Shown here: positions 1-8,710 of the stretch, piece after piece | Position numbering within the stretch: position 1 is the first letter of the stretch | Layout of the letters: every line of letters starts with the position of its first letter | Assembly (NCBI GenBank): GCA_963674865.2 | Contig: CAXXYE010000009.1 | Location: 224,001 to 288,000, forward strand | Source of the DNA: Candidatus Hydrogenedentota bacterium | GTDB taxonomy: Bacteria; Hydrogenedentota; Hydrogenedentia; Hydrogenedentales; SLHB01 | DNA: 64,000 nt | Reading direction: 5' to 3' | The notes under the pieces: model-generated | The model's database searches: none | What the model saw: the letters and a program-made list of their open reading frames with translations, nothing else | What the model was told of the DNA's origin: nothing | Program-made: the position numbers and the translations under genes

Positions 1-2
1 AA

Positions 3-1232
3 GATGGGGAGGAACACGCCGCCAACGGCTACATTCACTACAACGGGTGGTCGATGTGGGACTCCTATCGCACCAAGTTCCCGTTGCTCGCGCTGCTCGA
101 CCGTGAGCGGATCCGGGACATGATGCATTCGTTGACGGATGCGCTGGCGCGTCGCCGGCGTCAATTGCCCGTCGAGTGTACCGACAGCATGCACGGGTTT
201 TCCGCTATCCCAAACGTACGGCTCGAGCTTTCTTCCACGGTTCTGGTGGATGCCTTTCAGAAAGGTATCGAGCCTGTCGATCTGGACGCAACTTACGGCG
301 TTGTAGCCAACATTGCCGACGCAGCATTCAGATCGAAGGCTGAGTCGCTCGGATACGTGCCGCGACGGCCGGATCTCACATGTGAATACGCTTATGACAA
401 CTGGGCCGCGGCGCAGATGGCCGGGGCGCTCGGAAAGGAGGATGACTTCTCGCGCTTCAAACGCCGGGCAGCCTTCTACAAGAATACGTGGGATGCAAGC
501 ATTGGCTTCTATCGAGCGCGGGACGAGCGCGGTGATTGGCTGGATTTCCCGGAAGATGCCACCGAGGTCGTTGAGAAATACGTCTATGAAGGGTCGATGT
601 GGCACTGGCGCTGGGCGACGGTGCATGACATTCCAGGCGTCATCAAACTCATCGGGGGGCAGGATGTCTTCGTAAAGAAACTGGATGAGTTCTATGCAAG
701 GGATCTGCACAACCACGGCAACCAGCCCAGTATCCATGCGCCATGGCTCTTTGCGGCCGCCGGGGCCCCGTGGCTGACGCAGAAGTGGGTCCGGAGCGTG
801 CTGACCGGAAATCTAATCCACCGTTATGGCACCCACGGTTTCCTCGAGGAGCCGTATGTCGGCCCTGCCTATCGTAACGCTCCCGACGGCTTGATCCCGG
901 AGATGGACGATGACGATGGATGCATGTCGGGGTGGTTCGTCTTTTCGAGTATGGGATTCTTCCCCCTCTGCGTCGGCCGCCCGATATATGCACTGGGGAC
1001 GCCGCTCTTCGAGGAGGTAACAATACATAATGCCGGCGGAAGGGATTTCGTGATCCGATCGAGCAATGGCGGCGATGACCGCTGCTATATCCAGAGTGCG
1101 CGCCTCAATGGGAAGTCCTTTGATAGGCCGTGGTTGACGCATCAGGAGATTATGACGGGCGGTTGCCTGGACCTGTCCCTTGCCCGTGATCCCAACAAGG
1201 AATGGGGAACGGACGGACCTTCGCCTTGGTAA
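3..1232 (+). CDS. GH92 family alpha-1,2-mannosidase-like glycoside hydrolase, 5'-truncated by the window edge
   Basis: The frame is open from position 3. It has GH92-like motifs SMWDSYRT, EYAYDNW, YEGSMWHW, HGNQPSIH and DDDGCMSGWFVFSSMGFFP, and a C-terminal YIQSARLNG. Confidence 0.85.
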   Translation, partial: DGEEHAANGYIHYNGWSMWDSYRTKFPLLALLDRERIRDMMHSLTDALARRRRQLPVECTDSMHGFSAIPNVRLELSSTVLVDAFQKGIEPVDLDATYGVVANIADAAFRSKAESLGYVPRRPDLTCEYAYDNWAAAQMAGALGKEDDFSRFKRRAAFYKNTWDASIGFYRARDERGDWLDFPEDATEVVEKYVYEGSMWHWRWATVHDIPGVIKLIGGQDVFVKKLDEFYARDLHNHGNQPSIHAPWLFAAAGAPWLTQKWVRSVLTGNLIHRYGTHGFLEEPYVGPAYRNAPDGLIPEMDDDDGCMSGWFVFSSMGFFPLCVGRPIYALGTPLFEEVTIHNAGGRDFVIRSSNGGDDRCYIQSARLNGKSFDRPWLTHQEIMTGGCLDLSLARDPNKEWGTDGPSPW

Positions 1233-1285
1233 GGGATGTTCACGGGCCATTTCGGACTGGTTCGCGGGATCGTCGGCGTGGCTGA

Positions 1286-1315
1286 TTGACTTTGGCACGG
1301 GTAGTTGGATAATCT
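1286..1315 (+). promoter_or_regulatory. Sigma70-type promoter of tRNA-Ser
   Basis: TTGACT at 1286-1291, then GATAAT (16-bp spacer) or TAATCT (18-bp spacer) just upstream of the tRNA. Confidence 0.5.
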
Positions 1316-1326
1316 TCCGCGCAAGC

Positions 1327-1421
<95 letters not shown>

Positions 1422-1808
1422 TTTCGCTTAGTATTGATACACAACGACTTATCCTACCTTTACCTGGCGACACTCCCCCGAAAAGTACTGAAAAGCATGC
1501 TATGTTTGGGCACTTGTGCCTAAGGGTGCCCAGTGCTCTGGACGTAGAATTGCTTGGGTGCCCAAAGCGGACAGGCGGGGGCGGCGGCCGAGCCTGGCGC
1601 GGACCCGGCCGCCTCGGGCTAGGAACGCACGCGGTTGCGCGTGCTGGGTAGGATTGTCAGTTTCGTATTCACTTCCCGCTGGATGCAGCAGGCGAGCCGG
1701 CCAAAACGAAAGGCGATATACACCGAATTCTCAGGTCATCCACAACTATTCAGCGAGCCATCCATCGCCCGCGAAAGGCCCCCTGGATCTTCTCCCTTGT
1801 CTCGTGTA

Positions 1809-1837
1809 TTTACATCAGGGGGACAAGGCGGTATAGT
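1809..1837 (+). promoter_or_regulatory. Sigma70-type promoter of the islet cargo operon
   Basis: TTTACA-N17-TATAGT, then a G-rich RBS and ATG at 1855. Confidence 0.65.
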
Positions 1838-1854
1838 AGGGGGGGATCAACGAA

Positions 1855-2097
1855 ATGGATATCGCCCGGGCGATCATTTCAGCCCAGGGCCTCGGAATGG
1901 TCGATGAGCTTCACACGCTCACCGATCTTACGGAACGGGTCGAAGTCATCAAACAGGAATGGGCAGCCGTCGAACGGAGCTACCACGACGTGATGACGCG
2001 CATTCAGAACGAAGTCCAGATTCGACTCAGCCGCGCCGAGCGCGACCGGCCCAACAAGCACCCCATTGACCCAAACGAACCCCCACCGGAGATGTAG
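1855..2097 (+). CDS. Hypothetical 80-aa helical/coiled-coil protein
   Basis: Promoter and RBS upstream; its stop overlaps the next start; amphipathic helical pattern. Confidence 0.6.
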   Translation: MDIARAIISAQGLGMVDELHTLTDLTERVEVIKQEWAAVERSYHDVMTRIQNEVQIRLSRAERDRPNKHPIDPNEPPPEM

Positions 2098-2615
2098 TGC
2101 TTATGGCCAATGGATTCAAAATCGAGTGCCCGAAGTGCGGCATTGTCTATACCATCGGCACCGACCAGGCCGGAAAAACCGTGAGATGCGGAAGTTGCCG
2201 TACCACTTTCGAGGCAATACACCCTGATAGTTCGCCGCAAACACAATGGACATATGCCGCTTTCGCAGACGAGTGTGCTACCATATGCAGTCCCTGCGAC
2301 TATGAAGAAAGTGTCGCGCGCTTTTTCTTACGAATTATGCAGGTAGGATCGGTATTCGTTGGATTCTTGGCGATTGTCAGCGCCGTCGGCGAGGCTCGCT
2401 ACGGAAATGACATCTCAAGCATTTTGTGCGTTATTCGCTTCTGCGCATTTGCGTTTATCCTAGCCTACATCGCCATCCAGCTCATCTACATCAAGCTTAC
2501 CTTCGCAGGATCACAGAGGCCGAGTACCGCGTCCGGACACCCAACCCGAAGCAGCCAAACGGGGACTAAGCGTGACAAAGACATTCAAGATGCACTGTCC
2601 CAAATGTGGCATTAG
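2097..2615 (+). CDS. Zn-ribbon (MJ0042-finger-like) membrane protein
   Basis: CPKCG...VRCGSC ribbon followed by two hydrophobic segments. The start may be ATG 2103. Confidence 0.75.
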   Translation: MLMANGFKIECPKCGIVYTIGTDQAGKTVRCGSCRTTFEAIHPDSSPQTQWTYAAFADECATICSPCDYEESVARFFLRIMQVGSVFVGFLAIVSAVGEARYGNDISSILCVIRFCAFAFILAYIAIQLIYIKLTFAGSQRPSTASGHPTRSSQTGTKRDKDIQDALSQMWH

Positions 2616-3018
2616 CTACATACTCGCCCAAGATCAGCTTGGAACACAGGTAAGATGTCGCGGATGTGAAGCGGACTTCTATGCGGTGAAGCCCGGACCT
2701 GATGCGCAGCACATCCCTTTTGCTGATGATGTAGCCGAATGCGCCTACTATACGTCTGGTGAGAATCACACTCAAACTGCTTTGGGCATAAGCATTGCCA
2801 TCTGGCTTCTTGGCGGCCTCCTCGCCCTCGGAATGGAAAGTCCTACCATCAGCGTGCTCTGTTTTCTCGGATTATGGCTAAACATGGGCATTATGGCCAT
2901 CATCCGGACACGCCTCGTAATCCGACGCTGCTTCAGCATTCTTCTTGAACGCATTGCCTGCGACAACCGCCAGCAGCATCTCCGCGCACCCAAGCCAGAG
3001 CAGCCGACCGGCGGCTAG
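2572..3018 (+). CDS. Zn-ribbon (MJ0042-finger-like) membrane protein, paralog of the upstream gene
   Basis: CPKCG...VRCRGC ribbon followed by two hydrophobic segments; GGGGA RBS before the GTG. Confidence 0.75.
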   Translation: MTKTFKMHCPKCGISYILAQDQLGTQVRCRGCEADFYAVKPGPDAQHIPFADDVAECAYYTSGENHTQTALGISIAIWLLGGLLALGMESPTISVLCFLGLWLNMGIMAIIRTRLVIRRCFSILLERIACDNRQQHLRAPKPEQPTGG

Positions 3019-3035
3019 ACGTGATTTGCCCTACC

Positions 3036-3275
3036 TTATTTGAGCGCCTCAACAAACTCGTCGCGCGTAATCCCCGTCCGACGCAGAATCGACGCCAACG
3101 TCCCCCGCGGTATCTCCCTCTTGCCGAGAACCACCGTCACCGTCCTGTACGTGCCGTCCCCCAGTTGCTTCACGTAGGTCCGGTGACTTCCCCGATTCCT
3201 ATTGTGCGCGGTCCAGCCAAGACGCTCGAGGGCATTGGTCAACTCGACACTCGAGCACAACGGCAGCGTACTCAC
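3036..3275 (-). CDS. hicA: HicA-family type II toxin (mRNA interferase)
   Basis: 79 aa with LERLGW...RGSH (catalytic His) and EIPRGTLASILRRTGI. Confidence 0.88.
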   Translation of the reverse strand: MSTLPLCSSVELTNALERLGWTAHNRNRGSHRTYVKQLGDGTYRTVTVVLGKREIPRGTLASILRRTGITRDEFVEALK

Positions 3276-3592
3276 GCCGTAACCGGCACCCGCTCAGTCG
3301 AGGTCCACCGATCCCGCCGTATCGGCCGCGTAACGGCCACGTCCCGCTTCGGCGCCACGAACGTTTTCAGCCGCAGGCCCCGCTCACGGAAAAAGCGTGG
3401 GCGCTCCCCAAGCTCCTCGAGTGCGTTCAGATCGGTTTCAACGGCTTCCTGCAGATTCCGCACGGCCTCCTCGAACGTGTCCCCGCATGAGGCCACCTCC
3501 AATTCCCGGCAGCGCGACACGTACTGTTCGCCCTCTTGCCAGATCTCGCACGTAACCTCGACATACTTCTGCCCTTCCCGCAACGACCACAC
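3272..3592 (-). CDS. hicB: HicB-family antitoxin (short form)
   Basis: EGEQYVSRCRELEVASCGDTFEEAVRNLQEAV; AGGAGG before GTG 3592; 4-bp overlap with hicA. Confidence 0.85.
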   Translation of the reverse strand: MWSLREGQKYVEVTCEIWQEGEQYVSRCRELEVASCGDTFEEAVRNLQEAVETDLNALEELGERPRFFRERGLRLKTFVAPKRDVAVTRPIRRDRWTSTERVPVTA

Positions 3593-3618
3593 TAGCAGCA
3601 CCTCCTGTAACCACCAGC

Positions 3619-3647
3619 ATTATGACACCTAAAGCCAACAGCGTCAA
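3619..3647 (-). promoter_or_regulatory. Sigma70-type promoter of hicBA
   Basis: Minus strand TTGACG-N17-CATAAT with a TG extension. Confidence 0.65.
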
Positions 3648-3769
3648 GGCACCCCTCCTACTCCCGCGACGGATGGCCCGCCGGCATCACCAGCAAATGC
3701 AGGGACGGCCGCCTCTACACCCACCTCCTCAGCCTGCGCCGGCCGGACAACTCCCGCACCCGCATCTCT

Positions 3770-4813
3770 TTGGCCACCACCAACCCCGCCGAGGCTGCCC
3801 GCCGCTTCGATAAGAGGATCCGCGAGCAGCTTCCCTTCGAGATGTGCGACTACGCCGAACGCACCGCCGCCGCCGGGCCCGTGGCCCTCGACAATCCCCG
3901 TATTCGCGATCTCATCGATTGGTTCTGCGACAAGTACCTGCCCAGCTCCGGCCTCAAGCCCCGCAACATCCAGAAGTACGACCAGGTGCTCCGGGACTAC
4001 CAGCTCTGGGCCCGCCGCAACCATATCGGCCGCGTCCAGCAGGTCACCTACGCGGGCGTCCTCGAATTCCTCGAGTGGCTTTCGGGTCTATCGCCAACCA
4101 AACGGGCTAAACGCCCCCGCGCCGTGAAGACCAGGGACGATATCAAAGCCATCCTTCGCGGGATGTTCCGGACCTGCGTCGATGTCGGACTCCTCACCGC
4201 GTCGCACATCGCCCGCTGGGAAACTCGCACCATCCGAAGCCCAGATCGCCCCACATTCGCCCTGACCCGTGACGAACTCGTCCGCGTTCTCGAGATCATC
4301 CATGACCAGGCCCCTTACATCGAGCCCGTCATCCGCTGGATGGTTCTCACCGGATGCGGCATATCCGACGCCGTAGACCTTAGATGGTCGCAGGTCCACG
4401 ACACCCACGTCCGTCGACGCCACATCAAGACCGAGATCATCGCCTACTCCCTTTGCGACGCCGCCCGGGCCATCCTTGACGCCGCCAAAGCCGCCGAGCC
4501 AGGGCCAAACAACGAAGTATTCACCAACGCCCGCGGGAACGTCCTCACCACCAACTCCGTCTACCGGTCCTTTGTCCGCGCCCTTCAACGCAGCGGATTT
4601 ACCGTCACCCGCGACGGCCAGGCCCTCGGACGTCGATCTCAAGACCCTCCGGCATACCTATGGCACCCATATGGCCACCTTGGCTGCCCCCCGGGCCTCC
4701 TCCAACGCCAAATGGGCCACCGCCGCCTCGAGACAACCATGCGCTACTACCATCCCGACCCCGACGCCGGCCTCGCCTTCGCCCAGAAACTCGCCGACAC
4801 CCTCCTCAAATGA
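3770..4813 (+). pseudogene. Tyrosine recombinase/integrase, probably inactive
   Basis: Core-binding and catalytic domains are recognisable (LTGCGISD, MGH...TTMRYY). The first catalytic Arg reads Gly, the LRHTYGT box lies in another frame between about 4628 and 4681, and the arm-binding-like N-terminal sequence upstream of 3770 has no in-frame start. Confidence 0.8.
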
Positions 4814-4951
4814 CATCCATACGTCAAACCATGGCCACATTCAAGTTGATTTCACGTGCCCAGTCCGATATCCTCCCGCGAAATACACCTGAACATCGAG
4901 GCACCGTCAGGCACCAAAATCACCAACCCCACACCAAATCGCCTTAACTGA

Positions 4952-4973
4952 GAATCCCGCCCTCTCCGCCAGT
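4952..4973 (+). repeat. attR core (duplicated tRNA-Ser 3' end)
   Basis: 22-bp exact match to 1400-1421. Confidence 0.92.
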
Positions 4974-5105
4974 ATTTTGTGTTGGCGGAACAAAGATGTC
5001 CCTGGCCGGGCGGTGGTTATGGATAGACGGGGGTCGCCTGGCTCACTTTGTATAGCTCCTTAGCGAACGCCGGGTCTGTGCAGGGCTCGGAGCTGGGATA
5101 GCGCC

Positions 5106-6134
5106 ATGATTGACGGCACACCGCGCATCTTGATCATCAGGTTGAGTGCGGTAGGTGATGTCGTGCGGACATTGCCGGCGCTTCACGTTTTGCGGGATGC
5201 CTATCCGGAAGCCCGCATCGACTGGGCCGTCGAGCCGAAGGCCGCGGACATCGTTAGGGGGCACCCAGGGCTTGACAGAGTGCTGGCGTTTCGGCGGGGC
5301 GAGGGGGGAATCAAGGGTTTTCAGGCCTTTCGAGCCTTTTGCCGTCAAGTCAGGGACGGCCACTACGACATCGTCTTCGATTTTCACGGCATCCTGAAGA
5401 GTGGCATCGTGGCCTGGTTCTCCCGGGCAGGCCGCCGGTTTGGCTTCGCGCCCCCGCGCGCGAAGGAATTGAGCTGGTTGTTGAGCAACCGGCGTGTCAA
5501 ACTGCCCGCCCTGCCGGTGAATCGTGTTGAAGAGAACCTTCTCCTCTGCGAGGCGCTTGTTCCCAGGCCCGAATTGGTTGAGGCCGTAATCCATGTCCCG
5601 CCAGGGGTTCAGGAGGAGGTCAACGACTTCTTCGAGACGGCGTTGGACGGGGGCAAGCTTGTCGTCGCAATGCATGTTCCGGTGGATCGGCCGGAGAAAC
5701 AATGGCCTATAGAGCACTTCGCAACGCTCGGGGATTCCCTGATAGCGGATGGCCGTTTTGAGGTGCTTTTAACTTGGGGGCCTGGGCAGTTTGGCGCGGT
5801 CGAGGAGGTCGCGGGCAGAATGCGGCGTAAGCCCATTCTTGCACCAGCTATGCCCGGACTGAAACACTATGCTTGGCTGGTGTACCGCTCGGACCTCTAT
5901 TTCGGGTGCGACACGGGCCCCATGCACATCGCGTGGGCCATGGGTACGCCCGTGGTGGCGGTGTTTGGAGCAACGGATCCCACGCGTCATGCGCCCTATC
6001 ACAGACCTCACGTGGTTCTCCAGAGCGAGGTCGTGGCCGCGCACGGGCAGCGCGAAATCGCGCCCGATGAGTGGGTATCGCCCGAGGCGGCGTACGACGC
6101 GTGCGTAGGGCTGATAGCTGAAAGGGGCAAGTAG
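5106..6134 (+). CDS. Glycosyltransferase family 9 (ADP-heptose:LPS heptosyltransferase-like)
   Basis: ILIIRLSAVGDVVRTLPA, KQWP and DTGPMHIA...TPVVAVFGAT motifs. Confidence 0.9.
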   Translation: MIDGTPRILIIRLSAVGDVVRTLPALHVLRDAYPEARIDWAVEPKAADIVRGHPGLDRVLAFRRGEGGIKGFQAFRAFCRQVRDGHYDIVFDFHGILKSGIVAWFSRAGRRFGFAPPRAKELSWLLSNRRVKLPALPVNRVEENLLLCEALVPRPELVEAVIHVPPGVQEEVNDFFETALDGGKLVVAMHVPVDRPEKQWPIEHFATLGDSLIADGRFEVLLTWGPGQFGAVEEVAGRMRRKPILAPAMPGLKHYAWLVYRSDLYFGCDTGPMHIAWAMGTPVVAVFGATDPTRHAPYHRPHVVLQSEVVAAHGQREIAPDEWVSPEAAYDACVGLIAERGK

Positions 6135-6250
6135 GCAGAGGCGAGACGGTTGTCCAACGGCAGGCTTGGCTTGGCGCAGAGAGCGAATGGTAGCTCGTGA
6201 TACGCTTGCGATGTAATGTGACACATCGGCGAATATCGCCGCGAGGGGGC

Positions 6251-8710
6251 ATGATTGCGGCCTATGTCCTTCCGGGCTCCTCTCTCGTTATCGTGGGGGC
6301 ATGCCTGTTTACCGGCGTGTGCGGCTTGGCCGTCGGCGCACCTGAGGAAGCGTCAATCACCCTCTACTACTGGGGGAACGAGGGAGACACGCTTGCGCCG
6401 GATCTCTTGCAGGGATTCGAGGCGATGCATGACGGCTCGGATGGCCAACCGGCGATCCGCGTTATCATGGGCCAGAGCGCTTCGGTAAACCGCACGGACG
6501 ATCCGCAGCGCCTTCTATGCGCCGTAGCAGGTGGCGAGCCGCCGGACGTTGTTTTCTTCGACCGGTTCGCTGTCGGCGAGTGGGCCGCGCGCGGGGCGTT
6601 CAGGTCGCTCCAAGATCTATACGACCGTGATATTGAGACGGGGACGCAAGATCCGTTCACCCTACGAGAGGGTGATTTCTACCCGCCGTGCTGGGCCGAG
6701 GCGTGCTATGACGGGGAATTGTTCGCGGTTCCGCTCGAAACCGACAACCGCGCCCTGTACTATAACACCGATCTGCTGGAAAAGCACGGGGATGCCTTGA
6801 TCGCCGCGGGTTGCGTGGATCCGGATAGGCCTGGGCGCGCCGGGCCGCCGCGGACCTGGGAGCAGCTCTTGCGGGCTGCGGAGATTCTCACCGAGCGGGA
6901 CGAACGGGGAAGACTGATGCGCGTGGGCTTTATCCCGAACTACGGCAATTCATGGCTGTACATCTACGGGTGGCTCAACGGGGGACGCTTCATGAGCGAG
7001 GACGGGCGCACGTGCACGCTGAACGCACCCGAGATCGTCGATGCCCTGGCCTTTATGACCTCCATCTACGACCTGATGGGAGGGGCGCGGGCGGTCAGTG
7101 CGTTTCAGTCCAGCCAGGAGGGCGCGGACCTCGACCCGTTCTTGGCCGGGAAGATCGCCATGCGGATTGACGGGAATGCGTATCTCGAGTCGATTGCCAA
7201 CCTCCGGCGGGATATGCGGTTTGGCGTTACCCTCGCTCCGGCGCCGGAAGGCAAGCGGAGGCTTGGTTGGTGTGGCGGGTGGTCACTCGTGATCCCCGCA
7301 GGCGCGGCCCACCCCGAGGAGGCCTGGGAGTTAATCAAATATATGGCGTCGCGGCCTGCGTACGTTGTCAAGACGGAGGCGATGCGCCAGCAGGCGCGTG
7401 CGGCGGGCAACATTCACATCCCGCTTATCAGTGCGCGACGGGACATCACCGAATGGGCCATGGAGCACTACCTATACGAGGACCCGACCATTGACGAGCA
7501 GCTCAAGGAGGGGATGCGGGTTTTCGTTGAGAACCTTCCCGCATCGAAGTATCGGCCGGTGACGCCCGTGGGGCAACTCCTATGGAATGAACAGGTCCGG
7601 GCTCTCGAAGCGGGTATATTCAGGCGTTACGACCCCGATGACCCGGGCCGGAACGCGAAAATGGCCCTGGACAAGGGTACAGCTGTTGTTCAGAAAGCAT
7701 TGGACGCCATCTACAAGCCTGAAGAGCATCCGAAGTTGACCTGGCGGCCGGTCGTAGTCGGCTATCTTATGTTGCTCATGGTCGTCGCGGGGGGATTCAT
7801 CTGGTATTTCAAGCGTCGGCTTAGCGGAGTCGGGTACGTGCGGCAGGAGTACTATGCAGGCTATCTATTTGCGGCACCATGGGTTATAGGGTTTATTGTC
7901 TTTGGTGGTGGCCCGATAGTATTCTCATTATTCATGAGTTTCTGCAAATATGACGTCTTTTCGAGCCCTGAGTTTGTCGGGTTGAGCAATTACAGTGACA
8001 TGTTCTTCAACGACCCGTTGTTCTACAAGTCCTTAGGTAATACCGTCTTCATGGCGTTGGGGGTACCCCTGGGCATGGCCGTAGGGCTTGGGATTGCCAT
8101 GCTGCTGAGTCACGAGACAAAGGGCATGGCTGTGTACAGGACTGTTTACTATTTGCCCGCGATCATGCCCGTTGTAGCGGCTGCCATCCTATGGAGATGG
8201 ATATTCAATCCAGAGGAAGGCGTCCTTAACGCCGCCTTGCAGTGGGTCGGCCTCCGGGGGCCGGCTTGGCTCCAGGATGAGCACTGGTCGAAGCCTGGAC
8301 TGATCGTCATGGGACTTTGGAGCGCGGGCGGCGGGATGGTGGTCTGGCTTGCCGGGCTAAAGGGGATCCCCAAGCATCTCTACGAGGCCGCGGAGATCGA
8401 CGGCGCGGGGCCGCTCCGAAGGTTTTGGAGCGTGACGCTTCCCATGCTGAGTCCGTACATACTCTTCAATCTTGTGATGGGGTTGATTGGAACGTTCCAG
8501 ATTTTCACCCAGGCGTACGTGATGACCCAGGGGGGGCCGCTTGACTCGACCCTGTTCTTCGCCTATGCCCTGTTCAATAATGCCTTCCGGTATATGAAGA
8601 TGGGCTATGCATCGGCGATGGCGTGGGTCCTGTTTGGAATCGTGTTGGTACTCACGCTCATTCAACTGCGCCTAGCGAAACGCTGGGTGCATTACGAGTC
8701 GGAGTCGTGA
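6251..8710 (+). CDS. Fused sugar ABC transporter solute-binding protein and permease
   Basis: N-terminal family-1 SBP motifs (PDVVFFD, ALYYNTDLL, PPRTWEQL) followed by a CUT1 permease with the EAA loop LYEAAEIDGAG. ATG 6251 has a G-rich RBS. Confidence 0.88.
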   Translation: MIAAYVLPGSSLVIVGACLFTGVCGLAVGAPEEASITLYYWGNEGDTLAPDLLQGFEAMHDGSDGQPAIRVIMGQSASVNRTDDPQRLLCAVAGGEPPDVVFFDRFAVGEWAARGAFRSLQDLYDRDIETGTQDPFTLREGDFYPPCWAEACYDGELFAVPLETDNRALYYNTDLLEKHGDALIAAGCVDPDRPGRAGPPRTWEQLLRAAEILTERDERGRLMRVGFIPNYGNSWLYIYGWLNGGRFMSEDGRTCTLNAPEIVDALAFMTSIYDLMGGARAVSAFQSSQEGADLDPFLAGKIAMRIDGNAYLESIANLRRDMRFGVTLAPAPEGKRRLGWCGGWSLVIPAGAAHPEEAWELIKYMASRPAYVVKTEAMRQQARAAGNIHIPLISARRDITEWAMEHYLYEDPTIDEQLKEGMRVFVENLPASKYRPVTPVGQLLWNEQVRALEAGIFRRYDPDDPGRNAKMALDKGTAVVQKALDAIYKPEEHPKLTWRPVVVGYLMLLMVVAGGFIWYFKRRLSGVGYVRQEYYAGYLFAAPWVIGFIVFGGGPIVFSLFMSFCKYDVFSSPEFVGLSNYSDMFFNDPLFYKSLGNTVFMALGVPLGMAVGLGIAMLLSHETKGMAVYRTVYYLPAIMPVVAAAILWRWIFNPEEGVLNAALQWVGLRGPAWLQDEHWSKPGLIVMGLWSAGGGMVVWLAGLKGIPKHLYEAAEIDGAGPLRRFWSVTLPMLSPYILFNLVMGLIGTFQIFTQAYVMTQGGPLDSTLFFAYALFNNAFRYMKMGYASAMAWVLFGIVLVLTLIQLRLAKRWVHYESES

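Noticed and set aside
1733..1745. Single DnaA-box-like TCATCCACA
   Set aside because: Isolated, one mismatch and inside the islet; no DnaA-box cluster or unwinding element, so no oriC is called.
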